Of a DNA stretch of 64,000 bases, positions 19,956 to 28,233 are shown in pieces. The stretch comes from an uncultured delta proteobacterium. GTDB lineage: Bacteria; Myxococcota_A; Polyangia; Polyangiales; JAFGIB01. The translations under genes and the position numbers were made by a program. How positions within the stretch are numbered: the stretch's first letter is position 1; every line of letters starts with the position of its first letter. The notes beneath the pieces were generated by a model. The model saw nothing but the letters and a program-made list of their open reading frames with translations, was not told where the DNA came from and did no database searches. The DNA is taken from positions 288,001 to 352,000 of the forward strand of contig CAVZVA010000011.1 in NCBI GenBank assembly GCA_963778655.1, read 5' to 3'.

Positions 19956-22013
19956 GTGACGCCGCCCGGCGCCCCCCCCACTGCTTGCCAAGCCCAGGAC
20001 CGGGTGCCGCCCGGTGCTCCGATCGCGTGCGCAGGCCTCAGCCGGCGACCGGGCGGTCGCGCGGGCGCAACCCAACCGCCGCGTGTTGCAGGTGTGGCCG
20101 CGGTGCTCTGGCTGCTTTTGTGCTGGTGCGGCGCGTGCGGGCAGACGCCCCGGCCGCGCGTGCCCACCAGGCAAGAGCCGGACCGCGCGTGGCAGCCATC
20201 CACCTGGGCCGAAGCGCAGGACGCGCCGCCGCGCGTCTCGCCGGCGCGCGAAACTCCGCCCGCAAGTCCGCCCGAACAGCCAGCACCCACGCCGGCGGTC
20301 GAGCGTGTTTCCGCAGTCGGGCCGGGCGAGGTGCCGATCTTTCGCGACGGCGAGCAGGTCGGGACGATCGCGCGCAGCCAGGCCGAGGCATCCGGGCTGT
20401 TCGTGCTCGACGTGGGCAGCGACTGGGTGCCGGCGCCCTTTCGCTCCTCACCCGAGCTGCCGCACGCCTACGAGCGGGTGTTCGCCCGGCTCGCGAACGG
20501 CCGCTTCGACGACGGCCCCGAAGGCCGGCGCGCGGCCGAGGAACGCTACCTCGAGCCGTACGGCATTCCGCCCAGCCCCGCGTTGCTCGCACAGCGCTTC
20601 GCCGCGCTCGCGGACAGGCCCTGCAGCACCCGGCTCGACCTGCAGCCGCTCAGGGACTTCGAAGGTGCCGCCTGGGACGAGGGCGCAGAGCCGCCCCCGG
20701 TACCGGAGCCGGTGATCGCCGCGCTGCAGACGCGGCTGGTGTGCGAAGAGCACCTGCACGTGTGGCCGAGCGGCGTGCTCGACGAGAACACCCGCCGCGC
20801 GCTCGAGGAGTTCGAGCGCCGCAACCGCATCTACGCACGCGGCAGCCTGAAGGGCGAGACGCTCGAGGCCTTGCGCGCCGAGCCGCTCGAGCTGGAACGC
20901 CGCGCGCTGGTGCGCGTGCTCTCCGAGCGCATGGCGCTCGACCTCGGCGTGATCGAAGACGGCAGCGGAGCGGATGCCGTGCCGGCACGCGAGGCCGGCG
21001 AGCTGGGTGCGGCTCCGGACATGCTGGCGCGTATCCAACAACGCGTGCTCGAGGCCTTCGACCTACAAACCGTGGCGGGGGTGGAGCAGCTCTACCGCCG
21101 GCTCGAGGGCGTGCTCGCCACGCCGCACTACGGGATCGCGATCGACACGGTCGATCTGCCCGACTACTACAGCAACGACATGGATCTGTGGGTCGAGATC
21201 GACCGCGGGGACTTCTATTATGAGTTCCCGTTCGACGCGGCCGGCCGGCCGCTCGGCTTGCGCATCGAACGCGGACCGACGCTGACGCTGTTCGCGCGAG
21301 ACGGCGGGCGCGTGTGGCCGCTCGCGCGCTATCCGACGACGATCGGCGGCTGGCGCGTGCGGCACGAGCACGGCGCGTGGTACTGGGAGTACAAGGAGTC
21401 GCCGGTCGGCGTGCGCGCCTGGGGACGCATCGTCACCGCGCCGGTCTGGCTGCCACCGCGCTCGACGCCGCCGGAGACGCTGGTGGAGACGCTGCGGCGC
21501 ACTTCCGACGGCAGCGAGCTCCACGAGATCAACCACGACCTGATCGGCCCCAGCTTCGCATCGGCCTACGGCTTGGTCGCCGCCTACCACCAGCGCGTCG
21601 TGCGCGGCAGCGACGGGCAGCTCGAGCTGCGCGGCGACGACGGCATCCGCACCCACGGCTCGAGCGACTACACCAGCATCTGGCGCAGCGTCTCCAGCGG
21701 CTGTCATCGCCTGTACAATCACCTGGCAATCCGGCTGTTCAACTTCGTGCTCATGCACCGTGCCCACCTTCGCATCGGACATCGACCGATCAGCTATTCT
21801 CTGCGGGTGAAGACGCCCGATTTCCGGGGCCGGATCGAGGTCGCGCACAGCGGCTACGAGTTCGAGCTCGCGCGCCCGCTGGAGGTGGACGTGCTCCCGG
21901 GCCGTATTCTAGGCAGGCTCAAACGCCCGCTGGGTCGTCGCATTCCGGCGCGCGAGGATGCATCCGCGCGCCCGAAGGTCGTGGTCACCCCTACGGGTCC
22001 GGGCCCCTCCTGA
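19956..22013 (+). CDS. L,D-transpeptidase (YkuD-like) with peptidoglycan-binding domain
   Basis: PG_binding_1-like ALQTRL...GVLDENTRRALEEFE, PVWLPP and catalytic IRTHGS...SSGCHRL. N-terminal hydrophobic stretch with Cys. Start is uncertain. Confidence 0.8.
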   Translation: MTPPGAPPTACQAQDRVPPGAPIACAGLSRRPGGRAGATQPPRVAGVAAVLWLLLCWCGACGQTPRPRVPTRQEPDRAWQPSTWAEAQDAPPRVSPARETPPASPPEQPAPTPAVERVSAVGPGEVPIFRDGEQVGTIARSQAEASGLFVLDVGSDWVPAPFRSSPELPHAYERVFARLANGRFDDGPEGRRAAEERYLEPYGIPPSPALLAQRFAALADRPCSTRLDLQPLRDFEGAAWDEGAEPPPVPEPVIAALQTRLVCEEHLHVWPSGVLDENTRRALEEFERRNRIYARGSLKGETLEALRAEPLELERRALVRVLSERMALDLGVIEDGSGADAVPAREAGELGAAPDMLARIQQRVLEAFDLQTVAGVEQLYRRLEGVLATPHYGIAIDTVDLPDYYSNDMDLWVEIDRGDFYYEFPFDAAGRPLGLRIERGPTLTLFARDGGRVWPLARYPTTIGGWRVRHEHGAWYWEYKESPVGVRAWGRIVTAPVWLPPRSTPPETLVETLRRTSDGSELHEINHDLIGPSFASAYGLVAAYHQRVVRGSDGQLELRGDDGIRTHGSSDYTSIWRSVSSGCHRLYNHLAIRLFNFVLMHRAHLRIGHRPISYSLRVKTPDFRGRIEVAHSGYEFELARPLEVDVLPGRILGRLKRPLGRRIPAREDASARPKVVVTPTGPGPS

Positions 22014-22188
22014 GGCGCCGGCGAGACGCCAGGCCAATCCGGAAACCGTGGGGGGTTCCCCCCTGGGAATGCCTTCCCTGCGCGGGAGCTCCGCCGCTAT
22101 TGCGTGGAGCTTGCTTGCGACTATCTGTAGCCTGCGCGTCGAGGCCGCTCCGCTGCGGGGCGCGCGTTGGACCGGAGCAAGAACCGAT

Positions 22189-22443
22189 ATGAACATCGAC
22201 CGTGACAAGTTTCTCTCTGCGCTTCTCGCAATGACCCTGGGTGGTGCCGTGGCTGGCTGCAGCAGCAGCACGCCACCCCCGGCTGCGGCGGCCGAGCCGC
22301 AGCAGACCGAGGGTGCCGAGCAGCCGGCAGCCGAGCCCGCGCCGGCCGCGGAGCCGGCAGCCGAGCCGGCACCGGCAGAGACACCGGCGCCGGCCGAGGA
22401 GCCCGTGCCGGAAGTACAGCGGACCGGCCCGACGCCGGAGTGA
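22189..22443 (+). CDS. Small Pro/Ala/Glu-rich lipoprotein (84 aa)
   Basis: GGAG upstream, lipobox VAGC and AEPA repeats. Confidence 0.8.
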   Translation: MNIDRDKFLSALLAMTLGGAVAGCSSSTPPPAAAAEPQQTEGAEQPAAEPAPAAEPAAEPAPAETPAPAEEPVPEVQRTGPTPE

Positions 22444-22615
22444 TCGCGCGCGAGAGCGCGCACCGCGCAGCGCCGGCAAGCGGCTGGCAGCGACCGCGCG
22501 CACCCCGCCGGCCCCCTGCGCCTCGACACACGTCGATGCGCGGGGGCGCCGCACGGGCCGCCTGGCACCGCTGTCTTGTCCTTTGGGCGGGATCGGCGCA
22601 GAGTGACTGGAACGG

Positions 22616-23545
22616 GTGATGGTCAGCGCGAGCGTGGTGCGCTTCAGACAGTCAAACAATCCGCCAAACCTAGCGCGTGCGCGGCGTGTCGCGCACGCGC
22701 TGGTGGTTTGCGGCCTCGCGCTCGGCTGCTGCGCCCTCGGCAGCGAAAAAGGCGCCGCGCTCGATAGCTCACGCAGCGCCCATGGAACGACCGACTCGAC
22801 CTCGAGCGGTCTGCCCTGGGACGGGCAACTGCAGCACGGGGTGCGCCTGCACACGAGCGCGGTCTTGCGCCCACTCGCGCAATACCGGAGCCGCGGCAAC
22901 TTCTACGGCACCTCCGAGCTGGTCTCGCTGCTGGAGCGGACCGCGCAGGCGATCGCCACGCGCTGGCCGCACAGCCAGCTCACGGTGGGCGAGCTATCCG
23001 CTTCCGCAGGCGGCAAGCTCAGTGGCCACCATTCGCATCGCAGCGGCCGCGATGCCGATGTGGCGTTCTTCATGCGCGACGAAAACGGACGCAGCTCTCG
23101 ATTCTGGCGCTTCGTCGCGTTCGGCAGAGACGGCATCGCGCTGCACATGGCGCACACGCTGCACTTCGATGACGCGCGCAACTGGGCGACGGTCTCGACG
23201 ATGTTGCGCGATCCGCAAGCTCGCTTGCAGTACGTGTTCGTCGCCGACCGCATCCGCGCGCGTCTGCTGATGGAAGGGCGGCGGCAGGGCGAGAGCGCGG
23301 CATTCCTGCGCGCTGCGGCCGCGGTGATGGTCGAGCCGAGGGAAGGCAGCAAGCACACCAATCACTTCCACGTGCGGATCTACTGTCCGCGCGACGATCG
23401 CCCCAACTGCCAGGACACCGCGCCGTACTGGCCCTGGTACGACGGCAATCCGCCGGGCGGGGAGTACGCGCAGCTGCCGACCATCCGCTGGCACGTGCCG
23501 AGCGACAGCACGGCGGAGCTCCAAGGCCCGCAAGCGCGGCGCTGA
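22616..23545 (+). CDS. Penicillin-insensitive murein endopeptidase (MepA-like, LAS family)
   Basis: FYGTSELV, VGELS, GHHSHRSGRDAD and HTNHFHVRIYC. Confidence 0.85.
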   Translation: MMVSASVVRFRQSNNPPNLARARRVAHALVVCGLALGCCALGSEKGAALDSSRSAHGTTDSTSSGLPWDGQLQHGVRLHTSAVLRPLAQYRSRGNFYGTSELVSLLERTAQAIATRWPHSQLTVGELSASAGGKLSGHHSHRSGRDADVAFFMRDENGRSSRFWRFVAFGRDGIALHMAHTLHFDDARNWATVSTMLRDPQARLQYVFVADRIRARLLMEGRRQGESAAFLRAAAAVMVEPREGSKHTNHFHVRIYCPRDDRPNCQDTAPYWPWYDGNPPGGEYAQLPTIRWHVPSDSTAELQGPQARR

Positions 23546-23719
23546 GCCCGCCTGTTCCGCGGCCAGCGCGTGCCGCGGCCGGCGCCGGTCGTGGTGGAGC
23601 ACCTACGAACGGCAACGCGGACGCGCAGGGCTCGGTGCTGATCACGCGCAAGCCGTAGCGCGCCGGGCCAGCCGCGGCAAAGGAGCGCGCCGCAGCCGTG
23701 GCTGCTATGCTCATGGAGC

Positions 23720-24706
23720 ATGAGGCCGCAGGGTGGAATCGCGGCGCGCTGCAGCGCCGCGCTGCTCGCCGCCGTGCTCGCGAACGGAGCGCACGCGGAG
23801 CAGCCGTCCGCGCGCTCGTGGCAGAAGGTGCGCGAGCCGGCGCCGGGCAAGCCGCGGGCGATCGGCACGTACGGCGCGGGCTGCCTGGCGGGTGCCGCCC
23901 GACTGCCACTCGATGGACCGGGCTATCACGTGGTCAGCCCGGGACGGCGGCGCTACTTCGGACACCCGGTGCTGGTCGCGTTCATCCGTAGCTTGGGCGC
24001 TGCGATGAAGGCGGAGGATCTCGGTGCGCTGATCGTCGGCGATCTGGGACTGCCGCGCGGCGGACCGCAGCCCAACGGCCACGCCAGCCACCAGATCGGG
24101 CTCGACGTCGACCTGTGGTACGCGTCGCAGCCGGCCGAGCTGCCGCCCAGGCTCGACGCGCACAAGCGCGGCGCGCTCAAGCCGGTGGAGATGGCCGACG
24201 GCGCCAAGGGCAAGCCGACCGAGGATTTCGGCCCCAAGATCGCGCGCGAGCTCGAGCTGGCCTCGAACGACCCGCGGGTCGAGCGGATCTTCGTCAACCC
24301 GGTGCTCAAGCGCGCGCTGTGCGCGGGCCCGGGCGAGCACGCGTGGCTGCACAAGCTGCGGCCGTGGTGGGGCCACAGCGAGCACTTCCACGTGCGCCTT
24401 TCGTGTCCCAAGGACAGCCCGCAGTGCCAGGCGCAGCCCGCGCTGCCGGCGGGCGACGGCTGTGATCAGGTCGGCTGGTGGTTCTCGGCCGCGGCGCGCA
24501 ACGACCGCGAAGCGCAGCACAAAGACTACCGCTCGCGCGTGGCCTCGCACCCGGCGCTGCCCGCTGCCTGCGAGCAGGTACTGACCGAGGACGCGGCCGG
24601 CGCGCACGGCGGGAAGGCCGATGCGCAAGAGCCGGCGGCGCAGCAGCCGCCCGCCGAGCCCGTGAGCGACGACGCAAACGCGCAGGCCAAGCGCGACGCG
24701 CGCTGA
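23720..24706 (+). CDS. mepA: Penicillin-insensitive murein endopeptidase MepA
   Basis: AIGTYGAGCLAGA, RYFGHP, PRGGP..GHASHQIGLDVDLW, RIFVNP and LRPWWGHSEHFHVRLSCP. Confidence 0.92.
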   Translation: MRPQGGIAARCSAALLAAVLANGAHAEQPSARSWQKVREPAPGKPRAIGTYGAGCLAGAARLPLDGPGYHVVSPGRRRYFGHPVLVAFIRSLGAAMKAEDLGALIVGDLGLPRGGPQPNGHASHQIGLDVDLWYASQPAELPPRLDAHKRGALKPVEMADGAKGKPTEDFGPKIARELELASNDPRVERIFVNPVLKRALCAGPGEHAWLHKLRPWWGHSEHFHVRLSCPKDSPQCQAQPALPAGDGCDQVGWWFSAAARNDREAQHKDYRSRVASHPALPAACEQVLTEDAAGAHGGKADAQEPAAQQPPAEPVSDDANAQAKRDAR

Positions 24707-24847
24707 GCGCGACGCGGGCCAGGCGCGACGCGGGCCGGGCGCGGCCCGCCGCGCTGGCGACCCACGCCGCTGGCGACGCACGCGTCACGGCGCCGGAGGC
24801 TCACGCCGCCGGCGCCGTGACACCGAACCCGTGCGCGAACGCGCGCC

Positions 24848-25603
24848 TCAGTGTGGGGCTGCACCGCTTCCGGCCGCTCCATGCAGACCCGGACCGGGAG
24901 GCCAAGCTGCTCCGCCGTCGCCGGCTCGCCAGCCCGGGAACCCGGGCTTGGCGCCTGCACCGAAGGGCCCGACGCCGCCGTCGCACGCCTTGTGTGCGAA
25001 ACCGGCGTCCCCGGCGCGCGCACCACGGTCCGCATCGTTGTCACGATCGGCACGGCCGAGCACACCGCCGTCGAGCGCGCCCTGAGGCAGGTTCGAAAGG
25101 ATGCACTGGTGAGCCTGCTGCGCGCAGTCCTTGGGTTGACCACCGTTCTGCACGCACTGTTGCAGCGCCTGCAAGCACGGCGGCAGCGGGGGCGGCGGCG
25201 GCAGGTTCGACTGCACGCAGCTGCGCAGCTGCTCGCGGCACGCGGCGCGCGTGCCGGCGCCGCCGTCCTGGGCCTTGCAGTCGCGCGCAGCGCTGAAGCA
25301 GGCGGCGATCGCCTGCTCGAGCTGCTGGCGCGCGGCCTGCGCCTGGTCGACGCAGCTGCTGTACGCGTCCTTGCACGCCTGCACCTGGGTCGTGTCGCCC
25401 GCGGCCTGTTGCATGCACTGCGCCGCGGTCTGCCTGCAATTGCCGAGCGCGCCGGCCAGCGCCTGGTAGCTCGCGGCCACGCCGTTATCGGCCGACGGCG
25501 AGCTCGCATTGCAGCCCGTTCCGATTCCGATCGCTGCCAACGCGAGCACGGCGAGCTGCGCCGAGCCGCGCATCGATCGCTTGAGATATCGCATGCCTTG
25601 CAT
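24848..25603 (-). CDS. Cys-rich helical lipoprotein with six CX6C motifs
   Basis: AGGAG RBS, lipobox-like GTGC and repeated CX6C helices. Confidence 0.75.
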   Translation of the reverse strand: MQGMRYLKRSMRGSAQLAVLALAAIGIGTGCNASSPSADNGVAASYQALAGALGNCRQTAAQCMQQAAGDTTQVQACKDAYSSCVDQAQAARQQLEQAIAACFSAARDCKAQDGGAGTRAACREQLRSCVQSNLPPPPPLPPCLQALQQCVQNGGQPKDCAQQAHQCILSNLPQGALDGGVLGRADRDNDADRGARAGDAGFAHKACDGGVGPFGAGAKPGFPGWRAGDGGAAWPPGPGLHGAAGSGAAPH

Positions 25604-25861
25604 TGTGGCTTCTCCTGTTCTGCGAGCACGCGCGAGCGCGGAACCTCGCTGCGCATCCACCGCGCGTCTCACGTCAGATCAAGTGCTCCGAGCGCTGGCG
25701 AACAGGTCGGATTTGTTTCGCCGCAGCGTGCACACGCGGCGCGGCACGAACGTTTCCCCAAACGCTTGCACCCAATCATCGTTGCGCGGCGCGGCAAGAT
25801 GCCCCAGTCGAGACAAGCCGCCACGCGCACGCTGCGCAGCCGCAAGCACGCCGCTCGCGCT

Positions 25862-26038
25862 TTAGCCGGGACGGTGCTCGCGCTGCTTGATCTCGTCGAG
25901 CAGCGCTGCGCTGACCTCGCGCAACCCGCGCTCGCGTGCCACCGCTTCAGCGCGGCGCTTCACCCAAGGCCGGATGAAGAACGGCACCTTGCGCAGCCGC
26001 TGCTCGGCGACGGGCTCCCAGTGAACGACTTCAATCAC
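25862..26038 (-). CDS. Stand-alone PCP_red-like (protochlorophyllide reductase B C-terminal) small protein
   Basis: WEPVAEQRLRKVPFFIRPWVKRRAEAVARERGLREVS fits the W...A...L..VPFFVR...E..A pattern. Confidence 0.8.
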   Translation of the reverse strand: MIEVVHWEPVAEQRLRKVPFFIRPWVKRRAEAVARERGLREVSAALLDEIKQREHRPG

Positions 26039-26147
26039 CCGCCGAGCATAACCCACGAGCCGAGCTTTCCCGCTGCTCCGGACCACCGACACGCCTTCCC
26101 CGCCCCCGCCCTTGCCCTCGCCCTCACCCCCGCCCACCCAAACCCCT

Positions 26148-27026
26148 CTACGCATCGAGCTTGCGGTGCAGCGCGACCAGCGTGCCGCAGCCGCCGTTGG
26201 CTTCCAGGCGCGCCTGGGAGCTCATCCGCACCCGCAGGCCGGCGGCGACCATGCGGGCGTACAACGCGCGGTAGCGGGTCTCGGACGCGCGCGCGAGGCC
26301 GCTGCCGGGCACCGGGTTGTAGCCGTAGAGGTGAGCCTGCAAGCCCAGCGGCCGGCAACGCGCGATGAAGGCGTCGACCTCGGCGTCACCGTCGTTGATG
26401 CCGTCGGCCACCAGATAGGCGAGCGCGGTCTTGCGCTTGCGGCGCTGCGTCATGCGCGGCAGCTCCTCGGCGAGCAGCGCGAACAGCGCATCGAGAGGCG
26501 GTCCCTTGGGCACCATGCGGGCGCGCGCCTGCGGCGTGCCCGCATGCACCGAGAGCGTCAGGCCGTTGTGCGGCGCGTGCAGCCACTCGCGCAGGCGCGG
26601 CAGCGGGCCACCGGAGCTGGTCAGGCTCGGCGGCAGGCGCAGCGCGCGGCAGTGCTCGACGAACGCGCGCACCACGTCGTGGTTGTGCAGCGGCTCGCCC
26701 ACCCCCGAGACCGTCACGCGGGCGAGCCCGAGCCCGAGGCCGCGCACGGCCTCGAGCTGACCGACCATCTCCTGAAGCGTCAGCGGCCGCGCGAGCCCGC
26801 GAGCGCCCGACGCGCAGAACGGGCAGCCTACGGCGCAGCCGACCTGGCTGGAAACGCACAGGGTGTCGCCGCGGTACAGCACGCACTCGACCTGCGCGCC
26901 GTCGCAGAGGTGCACGATCCAGCGGCGATTGAAGCGACTCTGCTCGGCCAGCTCCAGCCGCACCACCTCGGCGTCGGCGTCCACGCCTGGCCCCTGCGCC
27001 GCGGGCGCCTGGCTTGGCTCCAGCAT
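26148..27026 (-). CDS. RlmN/Cfr-like radical SAM protein, N-terminally short
   Basis: DGAQVECV, TLCVSSQVGCAVGCPFCASG, SGVGEPLHN, SVHA, GIND and GGCGTL. Confidence 0.88.
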   Translation of the reverse strand: MLEPSQAPAAQGPGVDADAEVVRLELAEQSRFNRRWIVHLCDGAQVECVLYRGDTLCVSSQVGCAVGCPFCASGARGLARPLTLQEMVGQLEAVRGLGLGLARVTVSGVGEPLHNHDVVRAFVEHCRALRLPPSLTSSGGPLPRLREWLHAPHNGLTLSVHAGTPQARARMVPKGPPLDALFALLAEELPRMTQRRKRKTALAYLVADGINDGDAEVDAFIARCRPLGLQAHLYGYNPVPGSGLARASETRYRALYARMVAAGLRVRMSSQARLEANGGCGTLVALHRKLDA

Positions 27027-27114
27027 CGGGCGGCCATGGTGGACCGGCCGCGAAGCCGGGGCAAGCGACTGGGCTCACGCCCCGCGCCCGCTCCGTGCTA
27101 CAAGGGCCTCGCGC

Positions 27115-28230
27115 ATGAGGCCGCTGAAGTTGCAGTCGTTCGCCCGCGATACGGTGCGCCCCTGGGCCGTGGTGCTGTTGGCCGGCGCGTGCATGCTCGC
27201 GTGCAGCGGCAAAGATCGGGTGGCCGCGGATTTGTCGAGCGGCGGCATGGACGCGGGCGGCGCTGCGCACGACGCCGGCGCCATGCCTGCGTCCGACGGC
27301 GGCAAGCCGGTCGACCACGCAGGCGATGGCGGGGCCGCGACCGGTCCGCACGCCGACGCGGCGGCCGCGGAGGGCGGAGCCGGCGAGGGTGGCTCACAGA
27401 CCGTGGACGCGGCGGCGCAGGACGCGGGCGACCCGCCCCAGGCCGAAGACCCGAGCTGCGATCTGAACGGGATCTGGGCCGCGCGCCTGACCACGTTCAG
27501 CCGCGACGACGTGTTCCAGGCGGTCCAGACCGCGAGCAATTGGTACTACTACGAGATCGAGCAGCGCGGGCGCGAGGTGACGATCACGGCGGCGCTCGAT
27601 TGCGGGATTCAGGTGAGCGGCAGCGCCGACGTCACCATCAACCGCGCCACCACCGCCGCCCTGATGAAGCGCAACGACCAGACCGGCCGCCACGGGCAGT
27701 TCTACCGCGACGGCGACCACTGCACGCTGTCGATCGACCGCTTCTACAGCACGCGCGGAGTGCCGCGCTCGGTCTATCTACCGAGCGACACCTCGGCGAA
27801 TCCCGATCTGGCGAGCATCACGCCCGCGCTGCCCACCGCGCAGTCGCCCGACGGCAACGAGGATTGGGACGGCGACGGCCATCCGGGCATCGCGTTCAAC
27901 GTGGCCGGGCTGGGAACGCGCCACGTGGTCGAGCGTGACTGGAACGAGTTCTTCAGCGATGACAGCTACAGCATTGCCCCCGACTCGGACGCGTTCGTGG
28001 CACGCGCACAGTTCGACAACCAGGAGGAGATCCTGGAGACCTCGGGCAGCCTCGGAGGCCTGTTGATGGCGGGGTCGACGCCCGCGACCGGCCTCAATCA
28101 CCGCATCAGCTGGCAACGCCTGGGACGGACCGCCGACGAGGCGGCGGTCAAAGCCGTGCGCGACCCGGACGATCTGACGACCTGCTACAACGTGCAGGCC
28201 GCGCTCCCGCACGACACCGCGAGCATGTAG
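27115..28230 (+). CDS. Hypothetical lipoprotein
   Basis: Lipobox MLAC, DAG/DGG-rich linker and a globular domain with EDWDGDGHPG. Adjacent to the FadL-like gene. Confidence 0.8.
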   Translation: MRPLKLQSFARDTVRPWAVVLLAGACMLACSGKDRVAADLSSGGMDAGGAAHDAGAMPASDGGKPVDHAGDGGAATGPHADAAAAEGGAGEGGSQTVDAAAQDAGDPPQAEDPSCDLNGIWAARLTTFSRDDVFQAVQTASNWYYYEIEQRGREVTITAALDCGIQVSGSADVTINRATTAALMKRNDQTGRHGQFYRDGDHCTLSIDRFYSTRGVPRSVYLPSDTSANPDLASITPALPTAQSPDGNEDWDGDGHPGIAFNVAGLGTRHVVERDWNEFFSDDSYSIAPDSDAFVARAQFDNQEEILETSGSLGGLLMAGSTPATGLNHRISWQRLGRTADEAAVKAVRDPDDLTTCYNVQAALPHDTASM

Positions 28231-28233
28231 ACC

